Origin: Escherichia coli
GTDB taxonomy: Bacteria; Pseudomonadota; Gammaproteobacteria; Enterobacterales; Enterobacteriaceae
Length of the DNA: 64,000 nucleotides
Strand: one strand, 5' to 3'
Assembly (NCBI RefSeq): GCF_003991155.1
Contig: NZ_CP031293.1
Part shown: piece by piece, positions 19,152-28,628 of the stretch
Numbering within the stretch: the stretch's first letter is position 1
Layout of the letters: every line of letters begins with the position of its first letter
The notes under the pieces: model-generated
Seen by the model: only the letters and a program-made list of their open reading frames with translations
What the model was told of the DNA's origin: nothing
The model's database searches: none
Program-made: the position numbers and the translations under genes

Positions 19152-20087
19152 ATGTGTGATAAGGAATACATCATCACAATTGGCTCTGCCAATATAGATA
19201 TAGCCGGATATTCGTATGCCTCCTTAAATTATGCTGATTCTAACCCGGGGAAGATTAAATTCACGCCCGGAGGTGTGGGGCGTAATATTGCACATAATCT
19301 TGCTCTGCTGGGTAAAAAATCATGGCTGATGTCAGCTGTGGGAGATGATTTCTACGGGCAATCATTATTAGCACAAACGACTCAGTCCGGCGTTAATGTT
19401 GATAAATGTCTGATTGTTAATGGAGAAAATACCTCAAGTTATTTATCACTTCTCGATAAAACCGGTGAAATGTTGGTGGCAATAAATGACATGACGATTA
19501 GTGAACATATTTCAGCTGAGTTTTTATCACAGCATATTGATTTTATTCAGGGAGCGAAGGTTATTGTTGCAGACTGTAATATCAGTGAGTCAACACTTGT
19601 CTGGCTACTGAATAATGCAGGTAAGGTTCCGGTATTTGTTGACCCGGTATCTGCATGGAAGTGTGTCAAAATTCGTGAACATTTAGCACAAATTCATACT
19701 CTCAAGCCCAACCGGCTTGAAGCAGAAACACTCAGTGGTATTTCGCTTTCAGATCGGAATGATGCTGAAAAAGTGGCGGTATGGTTCCATACACATGGTC
19801 TGAATCGCCTTGTGCTCAGCATGGGGGGGGATGGAGTTTATTACAGCGAACTGTACGGAGCCAGCGGCTGGTCGCCGCCAGTAAAAACACAGGTGGTGAA
19901 CGTTACGGGGGCAGGGGATGCCATGATGGCAGGGCTGGCTTCCTGCTGGGTTGATAATATGCCATTTATTGATTCCATTCGATTTGCACAGGGGTGTTCA
20001 TCAATGGCGCTGGCCAGTGAGTATACCAATAATCCTGAATTATCTGTTGCTAACGTTAAAAGCTTAGTGGAGAAACAGAATGTCTGA
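19152..20087 (+). CDS. psuK: Pseudouridine kinase (PfkB family), island paralogue of PsuK/YeiC
   Basis: From MCDKEYIITIGSANIDIAGYSYASLNYADSNPGKIKFTPGGVGRNIAHNLALLG... the sequence is collinear with K-12 YeiC but clearly diverged. An AGGAG Shine-Dalgarno lies at 19141-19145. Confidence 0.85.
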   Translation: MCDKEYIITIGSANIDIAGYSYASLNYADSNPGKIKFTPGGVGRNIAHNLALLGKKSWLMSAVGDDFYGQSLLAQTTQSGVNVDKCLIVNGENTSSYLSLLDKTGEMLVAINDMTISEHISAEFLSQHIDFIQGAKVIVADCNISESTLVWLLNNAGKVPVFVDPVSAWKCVKIREHLAQIHTLKPNRLEAETLSGISLSDRNDAEKVAVWFHTHGLNRLVLSMGGDGVYYSELYGASGWSPPVKTQVVNVTGAGDAMMAGLASCWVDNMPFIDSIRFAQGCSSMALASEYTNNPELSVANVKSLVEKQNV

Positions 20088-21015
20088 AATAACCATTTCT
20101 TCTGAATTACTGCAAATTTCACCGGAAGTACAGGATGCCATTAACAGTAAAAAACCTGTTGTTGCTCTCGAGTCAACAATTATCTCACATGGTATGCCTT
20201 TTCCTCAGAATGCTCAGACGGCTATTGAAGTCGAAGAAACTATACGTAAACACGGAGCAGTACCAGCCACCATTGCCGTTATTGGCGGTGTAATGAAAGT
20301 CGGGTTAAGTAAAGATGAGATTGAATTACTGGGTCGCGAAGGACATAACGTTACCAAAGTCAGTCGCCGGGATTTACCTTTCGTTATTGCTGAAGGAAAA
20401 CATGGTGCAACAACGGTAGCTTCAACCATGATTATTGCTGCTCTTGCCGGAATTAAAGTTTTTGCCACAGGAGGAATTGGCGGCGTTCATCGCGGTGCAG
20501 AACACACTTTTGATATTTCAGCCGACCTACAGGAACTGGCACATACTAATGTCACCGTGGTTTGTGCAGGCGCGAAATCCATTCTCGATTTAGGGTTAAC
20601 CACGGAATATTTAGAAACATTTGGTGTACCTTTAATTGGCTATCAGACAAGATCATTGCCGGCATTTTTTTGCCGCACCAGTCCGTTTGAGGTCAGTATA
20701 CGTCTGGACAGTGCAAAAGAGATTGCCCGCGCGATGGCAGTGAAATGGCAAACCGGCCTGAACGGTGGTCTGGTTGTTGCCAATCCGATTCCGGAAGCTT
20801 ACGCCATGGCGGAAGAGAAAATTAATGCAGCAATTGACCAGGCCGTAAAAGAAGCGGAAGTGCAGGGCATTACCGGTAAAGAAAGCACACCGTTCCTGCT
20901 GGCACGGGTGGCAGAATTAACCGGTGGTGACAGTCTGAAATCAAATATTCAGCTGGTATTCAACAACGCAGTTCTGGCCTGTGAGATAGCAAAAGAATAT
21001 CAACAAATTGTCTGA
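20080..21015 (+). CDS. psuG: Pseudouridine-5'-phosphate glycosidase, island paralogue of PsuG/YeiN
   Basis: 311 aa reading ...PVVALESTIISHGMPFPQNAQTAIEVEETIRKHGAVPATIAVIGG... It overlaps the psuK 3' end by 8 nt. Confidence 0.9.
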   Translation: MSEITISSELLQISPEVQDAINSKKPVVALESTIISHGMPFPQNAQTAIEVEETIRKHGAVPATIAVIGGVMKVGLSKDEIELLGREGHNVTKVSRRDLPFVIAEGKHGATTVASTMIIAALAGIKVFATGGIGGVHRGAEHTFDISADLQELAHTNVTVVCAGAKSILDLGLTTEYLETFGVPLIGYQTRSLPAFFCRTSPFEVSIRLDSAKEIARAMAVKWQTGLNGGLVVANPIPEAYAMAEEKINAAIDQAVKEAEVQGITGKESTPFLLARVAELTGGDSLKSNIQLVFNNAVLACEIAKEYQQIV

Positions 21016-21098
21016 TATAAATGAACGGGCAGTGTGAGGTCGCCCGAAATTACCTGAACCAGATTCCGTGTCTGGTTCAGGTATAAGGGGAGAGCATT

Positions 21099-22349
21099 AT
21101 GGACATCATGAGAAGTATAGTGGGAATGGCAGTATTGCTGATAATTGCATTTCTACTATCAGTGAATAAAAAACGTATCAGTTTACGTACCACAGGAGCT
21201 GCACTGGTTCTTCAAATCGCGATTGGTGGGATCATGCTCTATTTCCCCCCGGGGAAATGGCTGGTTGAACAGGCTGCACTGGGCGTACATAAAATTATGT
21301 CTTACAGTGATGCGGGCAGTGCCTTTATTTTTGGCTCTCTGGTAGGGGACAAAATGGACGTACTGTTCGATGGGGCGGGTTTTATCTTCGCCTTCCGTGT
21401 ACTTCCTGCCATCATTTTTGTTACAGCGCTTATCAGTCTGCTGTACTACATCAGAGTGATGGGGGGGCTTATCCGTATTCTGGGGGGGATTTTTCAGAAA
21501 GCTCTGAACATAAGTAAAGTTGAGTCATTTGTGGCAGTAACGACAATTTTCCTGGGGCAAAACGAGATCCCGGCAATTGTAAAACCGTTTATTAATCGTC
21601 TGAATCGTAATGAATTATTTACTGTCATCTGCAGTGGGATGGCTTCGATTGCCGGTTCAATGATGATCGGCTATGCCGGGATGGGGGTTCCGATTGACTA
21701 TTTGCTGGCGGCGTCGTTGATGGCGATCCCGGGGGGGATCCTTTTTGCCCGTATTCTGAGTCCGGCCACAGAAGAATCAAAAGTCACTTTTGAAAATCTT
21801 TCTTTCACTGATACTCCTCCCAAAAGTGTTATTGAAGCAGTGGCCAGCGGGGCGATGACCGGGTTGAAAATCGCTGTCGGAGTTGCAACGGTAGTGATGA
21901 CCTTTGTTGCTATTATTGCTCTGATTAACGGTATAATCGGTGGTATCGGAGGCTGGTTTGGTTATGGTAATATTACCCTTGAGGGCATTTTCGGCTGGAT
22001 TTTGGCTCCCCTTGCGTGGATCATGGGCGTTGACTGGGCGGATGCTTCACTGGCAGGAAGTCTGATTGGTCAGAAGCTGGCAATTAACGAATTTGTTGCT
22101 TATCTCAATCTTTCACCCTATTTACAGCCAGGCAGTACGCTTGATGTGAAAACCACCGCAATTATTTCTTTTGCACTGTGTGGTTTTGCCAACTTTGGCT
22201 CCATTGGTGTGGTGGTGGGTGCCTTTTCAGCCATATCACCTCAGCGTGCACCTGAAATTGCACAACTGGGCATGCGTGCACTGGCGGCGGCCACCCTGTC
22301 AAACCTGATGAGTGCGACTATCGCTGGTTTTTTCATTGGGCTGGCATAA
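21099..22349 (+). CDS. psuT: Concentrative nucleoside transporter (NupC family), PsuT/YeiM-like
   Basis: 416-aa polytopic protein with a CNT-family N-terminus MDIMRSIVGMAVLLIIAFLLSVNKKRISLRT. Confidence 0.85.
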   Translation: MDIMRSIVGMAVLLIIAFLLSVNKKRISLRTTGAALVLQIAIGGIMLYFPPGKWLVEQAALGVHKIMSYSDAGSAFIFGSLVGDKMDVLFDGAGFIFAFRVLPAIIFVTALISLLYYIRVMGGLIRILGGIFQKALNISKVESFVAVTTIFLGQNEIPAIVKPFINRLNRNELFTVICSGMASIAGSMMIGYAGMGVPIDYLLAASLMAIPGGILFARILSPATEESKVTFENLSFTDTPPKSVIEAVASGAMTGLKIAVGVATVVMTFVAIIALINGIIGGIGGWFGYGNITLEGIFGWILAPLAWIMGVDWADASLAGSLIGQKLAINEFVAYLNLSPYLQPGSTLDVKTTAIISFALCGFANFGSIGVVVGAFSAISPQRAPEIAQLGMRALAAATLSNLMSATIAGFFIGLA

Positions 22350-22367
22350 AAAATACAATCCCGGGTG

Positions 22368-23462
22368 TTACCCCCGGGATGTTTTTAACAGATATTGCGC
22401 GTTATTAACGGAAAGTGTTGGGTTATTGATGCTGGTGCTGGCACGTGACAGTGCTGCACATGCCATCGCAAAGTGAGCACTTTCCTGGAAACTACTTCCT
22501 TCCAGAAAACTGTAAAGCAGACCTGCCATAAAGCCATCATCTGCACCAAAGCTGTCCACAACGGCATGAACGGGCGGTGTGAGCAGAAATTGTTCTCCCT
22601 CTCTTTGGCTACAGAAAACGGATTCATCTCCCATCCAGACAAAAATCTGTTGCACACCCTGCTGATGTAGTGCGTTCACTGCGGTGAGTAGATCGGTCTC
22701 ATTGTTGACAGGGGAACCCCATAATATCTCCAGTTCTTTTTGTGTGGGTTTCAGGGTATGGATATGCGGAAGCCAGTTTTTTACATTAACAGCCTTAAAT
22801 TTCGACACTGTATCAATAAAAACGGGAATGCCGTCAGCGACCGTAAAGATCCATTCAAGGGCGGCAGGTGTCAGATTACAGTCAGCCAGCACCACGCCAG
22901 CGTGACGGATTAACATACGTGAGGCGTCCAGCAACTGCGGCGTCAGTTGTTGCAGAATATGGGTATCATTAATCGCCATCACTGTTTCTGCCTGTAGGTC
23001 GGCGATGGAGACATAAGTTGAAGTATTTTGTCCGTTCAGTCGAATACAATTGGTGACATTAACGCCGGCCAGGCGGGTCTGCTCCAGTAATGTTTCGCCA
23101 TAAAAATCATTGCCTACAGCAGATATCAGATGCACATTGCGGCCCAGAAGGGCGAGATTATGGGCGATGTTGCGTCCGACACCTCCGGCAGAGCAGTAAA
23201 TACTGCCCGGACTGGAGGATTTCTGTGGATAATGGATATCCGCCACCCCACGGATATCCATGTTAATCGCCCCAAGAACAACACAGTATTCCTGTTCTGT
23301 CAGGATGTAGCCTTTCCCTTTAATCGCACCTTTGCGCATCAGATCCATAATGTGTGCAGCAACACGCGACCGACTGATTTGTAAAATCTCAGCAATTTCA
23401 TTCTGCTGGATCAGTGGGTTGTGACGCAGGATCCTGAGTATCTCTTTTTCTCTGTTGTCCAT
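22368..23462 (-). CDS. yeiI: HTH-fused PfkB kinase-like regulator (YeiI-like)
   Basis: An N-terminal winged HTH (MDNREKEILRILRHNPLIQQNEIAEILQISRSRVAAHIMDL) is fused to a PfkB kinase domain. 364 aa. Confidence 0.8.
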   Translation of the reverse strand: MDNREKEILRILRHNPLIQQNEIAEILQISRSRVAAHIMDLMRKGAIKGKGYILTEQEYCVVLGAINMDIRGVADIHYPQKSSSPGSIYCSAGGVGRNIAHNLALLGRNVHLISAVGNDFYGETLLEQTRLAGVNVTNCIRLNGQNTSTYVSIADLQAETVMAINDTHILQQLTPQLLDASRMLIRHAGVVLADCNLTPAALEWIFTVADGIPVFIDTVSKFKAVNVKNWLPHIHTLKPTQKELEILWGSPVNNETDLLTAVNALHQQGVQQIFVWMGDESVFCSQREGEQFLLTPPVHAVVDSFGADDGFMAGLLYSFLEGSSFQESAHFAMACAALSRASTSINNPTLSVNNAQYLLKTSRG

Positions 23463-23899
23463 GATTATGCAACTGCCTGTTCGGTTTTTCGTCAGCGATC
23501 ATCAAAGTAAATAGCTTCGTTTTTCCCGGTGAACGTGAAGCTAGGGGAGATTATACTTCCGGATGTTCATTCAGGGCAGAAGAATAATACATCAGTTAAT
23601 TTTCTGTTAGTACTTTGTAGTCGAATGTTTGGGGAGTGTGTCTGAATGACAGCCAGATGGAATGACTTTTTGTAGCCAGGTCATGACTACGACTCATACG
23701 CTATTCTTAATTCTTATTTCTTTCCATTATACGCAAGTATTTTTAATTTAGGTTTATTACTATAATTATATTCACTTTGTCTTTATTCACTCTGTTTTTA
23801 CTTACTCTCTATCTTTACTCATTCCATTACTCTGACCCTCACCCGATTATACTTACTCCCTTCCTTGTCTAATCTTCATTGCCACCATTATCATGGTAT

Positions 23900-23928
23900 C
23901 CACCTTCTCCACCTTCTCCACCTTCTCC
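23900..23928. repeat. 9-bp tandem repeat ccaccttct x3.2 inside a pyrimidine-rich tract
   Basis: Direct reading gives ccaccttct ccaccttct ccaccttct cc. Confidence 0.9.
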
Positions 23929-24762
23929 TTCATTCAATCATAACTACTGTAATTCATACGATACTCAGATAAGTTATTTTACTACGTTGTTGCTAATATC
24001 TACCTGTTATCAGTCTTCACTGAAACAGCAATTGATTTTAGTCATTATCCATAATGAACTGTATTGACTTAACGATGATTGTTGTTGACCTGAAGTGTTT
24101 TAACTATTCTGGTAAATATCAATACTTCTGTCATCACTGATTAACTGGATGTTTACTCTTTGATAAGGTATCCATGATTTCGTCATGTTTAACAGCGCAG
24201 GATAAACAATGAAATTAACAGAGTGAATTCCTGATTATATTTGTTCGTTTCTGATTATCTTGTATGTTAAACAAAATGAAAATTATCCATCCATGGTATA
24301 TTTTATTCTGGTACCGTGTACCCGTTAACGCTCATGTTTTGAAGTGAGTTGTTTTTAACAGATTAAATGAGAGTGTATGATTTTATCAGGTTACAGATAT
24401 GTGTTGGCCTTGTACACGTTTTTGCAGACTCACTGAGAGCAAGTTTGTAGTTTATGATGTGATTGGTCGCAATATGTTTCTTAATCTCCAGGTAGTGGGG
24501 TTTTAGCTCGTATTTTACAGTATTTCGTGATGTTTTATTGAGTCTGTATTTTCTTTACTCCTCGTTTATCTCATCTCTTTAGCTAATACCATCAGATAAT
24601 CCATTTCTTTCTGCATAATGCTGCGTATCGTTAATAACCCGTCGTATCCATTCTGCTACAGCATGCCTGATAAATACCATCTGTAAGTTATTACCGTTAT
24701 GAGCGAAAGCATTAATTCGTTCACAGAGCTTAAAACATCATTAACTTTCAGGAGTCATCAAC

Positions 24763-25329
24763 ATGCCTAAATCTTACACACCAAACTGGTTTTTTACCGC
24801 TTTACTTGACAATCACATCAATCAAATGCTGGCACGTTATTCCTGCCTGCGAGCTTTACGGATGGATTTCTTCTACAGGAAAGATACGCCTGATTTCTTA
24901 CAACCTGATCATCGCTGGCTTGAATTGCAGTTGCGTATGATGCTGGAACAGGTTGAACAATTTGAAAATATCGTTGGCTTCTTCTGGGTGATTGAATGGA
25001 CGGCTGATCATGGTTTTCATGCGCATGCGGTTTTCTGGATCGATCGTCAGAGGGTTAAAAAAATATATCCCTTTGCGGAGCGGATTACGGAATGCTGGCG
25101 GTCTATTACGCATAACAGCGGTTCGGTACATCGCTGTACATATCAGCCGCATTATACATACAACATCAACATTCCTGTGCGCCACAACGATCCTGAAAGC
25201 ATCAATAATATTCGCGGTGCCCTGCATTATCTGGCGAAAGAAGAGCAAAAAGACGGGTTGTGTGCCTACGGCTGCAATGAAGTTCCTGAACGTCCTGCTG
25301 CAGGGCGTCCTCGTAAGCCTCACTTCTGA
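24763..25329 (+). CDS. YfjJ/YagK-family protein, paralogue 2
   Basis: 188 aa reading ...LRMDFFYRKD...FFWVIEWTADHGFHAHAVFWIDRQ..., with a GGAG Shine-Dalgarno. Confidence 0.7.
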   Translation: MPKSYTPNWFFTALLDNHINQMLARYSCLRALRMDFFYRKDTPDFLQPDHRWLELQLRMMLEQVEQFENIVGFFWVIEWTADHGFHAHAVFWIDRQRVKKIYPFAERITECWRSITHNSGSVHRCTYQPHYTYNINIPVRHNDPESINNIRGALHYLAKEEQKDGLCAYGCNEVPERPAAGRPRKPHF

Positions 25330-25575
25330 AGCTTAAGGCCTGAGCCTCCGCTCCTGGAAACACTCCGTCGGTAAAACCTTACCACCTTGCTTAATGATGT
25401 GAACTGAAGTCAACGGAGATCATTCATCCTGAACCTGAATCCGGTGTTCTGTCCCTTATCTTCCCGTTCTGCTTCAGTTCTTCACTTATTCCATCAACCC
25501 CATCCGCAAACCATAACACGTCAGCGCATCCACGGGCAGGACGCGTTGTGGGCTGCGCATAACGGAACATATCTT

Positions 25576-26151
25576 ATGAATGCTATTCCTTATTTCGACT
25601 ATAGCCTGGCACCCTTCTGGCCATCTTATCAGAACAAAGTCATCGGCGTCCTTGAGCGTGCGCTACGTGAGCAGTCCTGCGCCCGGGTACGGCGGATCCT
25701 GCTTCGCCTGCCGGGGGAACATGACAACATCTTCAGTGACAGAAAAACCTGGTTCGGTATGGCCTTTATCGAAACTGTCAGTGCGCTGATGAATGCAACC
25801 CCCGGACGCGACCTCTGCTGGCTCCTGACCCGTCATCCTGAAAAGCCGGAATACCACGTGGTGCTGTGTGTCAGACAGGAGTATTTCGACGGCCCTGAAC
25901 TGGACCGGCTGATTCTGGATGCCTGGAGCAACGTACTGGGCTTCGCGTCACCGGGTTAAGCAAAGCCGTATCAGAAGCAGATCACCCGGGATGTAGTACT
26001 GGACAGTCGTTCGCCGGACTGCGAAGACCTGTTTAAAGACCTGATCTGGGCATTCAGCGATTTTGCCCGCGATCGTCGTGGTGTGTGCGATCCGGAAGCT
26101 CGTTGCCTTGCCGGTAATCCCGGGTATCCCGGATCTGCAGGACCGTTCTGA
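25576..26151 (+). pseudogene. YfjJ/YagK-family paralogue 3, interrupted by an in-frame TAA
   Basis: MNAIPYFDYS...NVLGFASPG ends at a TAA (25957-25959). The same frame then continues for 63 codons (AKPYQKQITRDVVLDSRSPDCEDLFKDLIWAFSDFARDRRGV...) to a TGA at 26149-26151. The combined length of ~191 aa matches the family. Confidence 0.55.
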
Positions 26152-26219
26152 AAACACGGCTCAGCATCTTCTTCCGCATTTGCACAACCTTCATAAATCT
26201 CACAAAGGACATTCTGACC

Positions 26220-26453
26220 ATGTTGACCACAACAAACCACGACAGCGTGTTGCTGCGTGCCGACGATCCCCTGATCGACATGAACTACATCACCAGTTTC
26301 ACTGGCATGACAGATAAATGGTTTTACAAGCTGATCAGTGAAGGCCATTTCCCTAAACCCATCAAACTGGGGCGCAGCAGCCGCTGGTACAAAAGTGAGG
26401 TGGAGCAGTGGATGCAGCAACGAATCGAGGAATCCCGGGGGGCAGCAGCATGA
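26220..26453 (+). CDS. AlpA-family (prophage CP4-57 regulatory/excisionase-like) DNA-binding protein
   Basis: 77 aa reading ...LIDMNYITSFTGMTDKWFYKLISEGHFPKPIKLGRSSRWYKSEVEQWM, the AlpA MerR-like HTH signature. Confidence 0.85.
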   Translation: MLTTTNHDSVLLRADDPLIDMNYITSFTGMTDKWFYKLISEGHFPKPIKLGRSSRWYKSEVEQWMQQRIEESRGAAA

Positions 26454-26704
26454 AACGTGTTGTAATGCCGGCGCTGGTATTGCGGAAATCAGCCCTGTCC
26501 CCGATGCTGGCGACACTCCCGCTCATCTTTCAGCTGACTCCTCTGGTCAGCCAACTGTTTGTCATCATTTCCTGACTGATTCGTCATTCCCTTCGTCCCG
26601 CCAGTCGCTGGTGTTTGTATTGTACCGTGCCGGTGTTGATGTGCGCTTTCCGTGTGTCTGCACCGGCTTAACAAAATTCAACAGGGTTTGAAAAGGAACA
26701 TTTC

Positions 26705-27253
26705 GTGCAAATAACCGAAGCCTTAATTTCAGAGCCGGGAGACATCCGGCGTTTTGTTCAGCAGGCGGTGGACCACTGGCCGCATCTGCTGGCATTTTAC
26801 TTCACACTCCATTCGGCAGAAGGAAATATCAACGGGCGACAGATTCATGCATTCTGTACTTCCTTTTACCGACAGGTGCACGAACGTATTACTGAGCGTA
26901 ATCACACGGCCAGTCCATCCTCGCCGGTGGTATTACGCTGGTTGCGGGAACAACATGGAGGAGCAACAATACGATGCCTGTTGCTGCTCAGCCAGACGAG
27001 CATTTGCCATCCGCGGGCCAGTGCCACGGTTGATGAACAATGTTCGCAAGTGGTGGATTTGCTGCAACAGAGCTGGCAGGTGATAAGTGCTGGCGGACAA
27101 TGCCGGGTGGAAAGGTGTTTTCGGGTTGCCCGGGGTGATACATCCGGCCAGTATGTTGCGTTAAAAACAGTCGCATTGTCTCTGGGGTTACCGGTTGTGA
27201 CCGCCATTACCCATCGTCCGGTACAGCGCTGTACATTGATTACAGCTCAGTGA
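26705..27253 (+). CDS. Island protein, distant YfjJ/YagK-like (paralogue 4)
   Basis: GTG start with an AAGGA Shine-Dalgarno. 182 aa reading ...LLAFYFTLHSAEG...FYRQVHERI... The family call is tentative. Confidence 0.45.
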   Translation: MQITEALISEPGDIRRFVQQAVDHWPHLLAFYFTLHSAEGNINGRQIHAFCTSFYRQVHERITERNHTASPSSPVVLRWLREQHGGATIRCLLLLSQTSICHPRASATVDEQCSQVVDLLQQSWQVISAGGQCRVERCFRVARGDTSGQYVALKTVALSLGLPVVTAITHRPVQRCTLITAQ

Positions 27254-27484
27254 ATCAGCGCTTTCTGGCTTTTCGTCGGTCATTCTGTCAACGCCACGAT
27301 GTTTGACCGTTATGGGGATGCGGACGATTTCCTGCACAGCGTTGTTTCACGGTGGTGGATGATGCAGCACCGCTGTTAAAAACAGTCGTTCAGTCCTTTG
27401 TGTTACCGGTTATGACAACAATCAGCTGGTGATGGTCGTGTGAACCAGCTGCGCTTCCGTTGATTCTTATGGACTGATAAAGTT

Positions 27485-27859
27485 TTGTCTGCTGAATCTT
27501 TATACGGAATTCTTTTCAGTATGCGTACACGAATTGATTATCTGGCGGATAAATACAGTTTTACTGAGCTGAATGAGTCTCCCCGTCTTCGCCGGCAGTG
27601 GCAGGATGTTCTGGAGGAGTGTCGGCAGACAGAGGCAGGGCCAGAAGAACGGTTGCGTATTGCACTGTTGAATGTGGATTACGTCACCAGTTTTGAACTG
27701 CCTTTTCGCTTGTTGCTTACCCGTACACCACAACTGACTGCTATGCTGCGTGAAGAATGGGATATCAGCCAGAAAAATGTGGTGTTCAACGATAAACGCT
27801 TTGGCTGCGTGTACAGCCTGAAGGCCAGTCTTTGTGGTGTGCTTCAGGCCGATGCTTAG
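27485..27859 (+). CDS. Hypothetical island ORF whose 3' end is replaced by an IS66-family fragment
   Basis: The start is uncertain (TTG at 27485 or ATG at 27521). The last residues, GVLQADA, derive from the IS66 tnpC fragment that begins at ~27834. Confidence 0.35.
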   Translation: MSAESLYGILFSMRTRIDYLADKYSFTELNESPRLRRQWQDVLEECRQTEAGPEERLRIALLNVDYVTSFELPFRLLLTRTPQLTAMLREEWDISQKNVVFNDKRFGCVYSLKASLCGVLQADA

Positions 27860-27985
27860 GCGTTATACGAATCCGGCAGAGTAACGGAAGCCGCGTGTAT
27901 GGCTCATTCCCGGAGAAGAATCCACGATGTGCATGTAAGAGTGCCAACCGACATCACCACGGAAGCCCTGCAGCGTATCGGCAAT
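27834..27985 (+). mobile_element. Internal fragment of an IS66-family tnpC (~150 bp)
   Basis: It aligns at the nucleotide level with the reverse complement of ~33800-33960 in the full tnpC of this window (ggtgtgcttcaggccgatgctta...gcgttatacgaatccggcag...cagcgtatcgg). There is a 13-bp deletion and scattered mismatches. Confidence 0.8.
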
Positions 27986-28315
27986 GGTTTGTTCCAGACC
28001 ATGCCGCTTACAGACCTCGAAATCAGTCACCGTGCAAGGTTCATAACCGCCAATCTGAAATGCCACCACCACAAAATCGGCATCCTGTAAGGCTTCTTTC
28101 TGTTGGGTGTGGCAGGTGATTTTGCCGCTGGCCCCTGCTGAATCCATCAGCTTACGCACCACAATATGCGACTCTTCCCGGCGGGTGGGATCAATGTCCA
28201 TCAGGGCAATATGCGCCGTTTTCAGCGCCTCACGATGGAACACATCACCAAGAATATTTTTAACGAAAATCGTCGAACCAGCGCCGATAAATGTAATTTT
28301 GGGTGCAGACATCAT
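27986..28315 (-). pseudogene. melA: 5' quarter of an alpha-galactosidase gene (melA-like, GH4)
   Basis: MMSAPKITFIGAGSTIFVKNILGDVFHREALKTAHIALMDIDPTR...[16 protein letters not shown] is almost identical to the K-12 MelA N-terminus. Homology stops at the IS66 junction. Confidence 0.85.
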
Positions 28316-28392
28316 GCAGATCTCCTGGCTTGCTTGATAACTTCATCATGGCAGGCGAATCTGCAGAAAACCTCCGGCTTCCAGATTGAGAA

Positions 28393-28446
28393 TTCCCATA
28401 AACTCAGATCCTGCGTGAAGCATCAGTAAATCTGAGTTTATGGGAA
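28393..28446. promoter_or_regulatory. melAB promoter operator: perfect 17-bp inverted repeat (MelR-binding sites)
   Basis: ttcccataaactcagat (28393-28409) and atctgagtttatgggaa (28430-28446) lie upstream of the melA fragment. The sequence matches the MelR site as I recall it. Confidence 0.7.
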
Positions 28447-28595
28447 TAAATTACCTGAAAAGAAGAGTTTTCGGCCTCATGATGCTCGGACGGACCCCTC
28501 TCCTCTCTGGGTAGAGGGTGAAAACCGTGCTCCCACTCGCAGTCATCCTCCCTCACTCCTGCCATAATTCTGATATTCCAGGAAAGAGAGCCATC

Positions 28596-28628
28596 CATGA
28601 ATACAGATCTCTTTATGTGCAGCAGTGC
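28596..28628 (+). pseudogene. melR: First ~10 codons of melR
   Basis: ATGAATACAGATCTCTTTATGTGCAGCAGT encodes MNTDLFMCSS, compared with K-12 MelR MNTDTFMCSS. The sequence then switches to the antisense of a PTS gene. Confidence 0.6.

Noticed and set aside
23900-23928. I considered the 9-bp x3 repeat as a mini CRISPR array or as a coding Gly/Glu-rich repeat on the minus strand.
   Set aside because: It is far too short, has no spacers and has no cas genes. Stop codons surround it in all frames. I keep it only as a simple tandem repeat.
25971-26516. A 181-aa minus-strand ORF in the track.
   Set aside because: It lies antisense to the AlpA gene and to the tail of the YfjJ-like pseudogene. It has a Pro/Cys/Gly/His-rich shadow-ORF composition and no Shine-Dalgarno.
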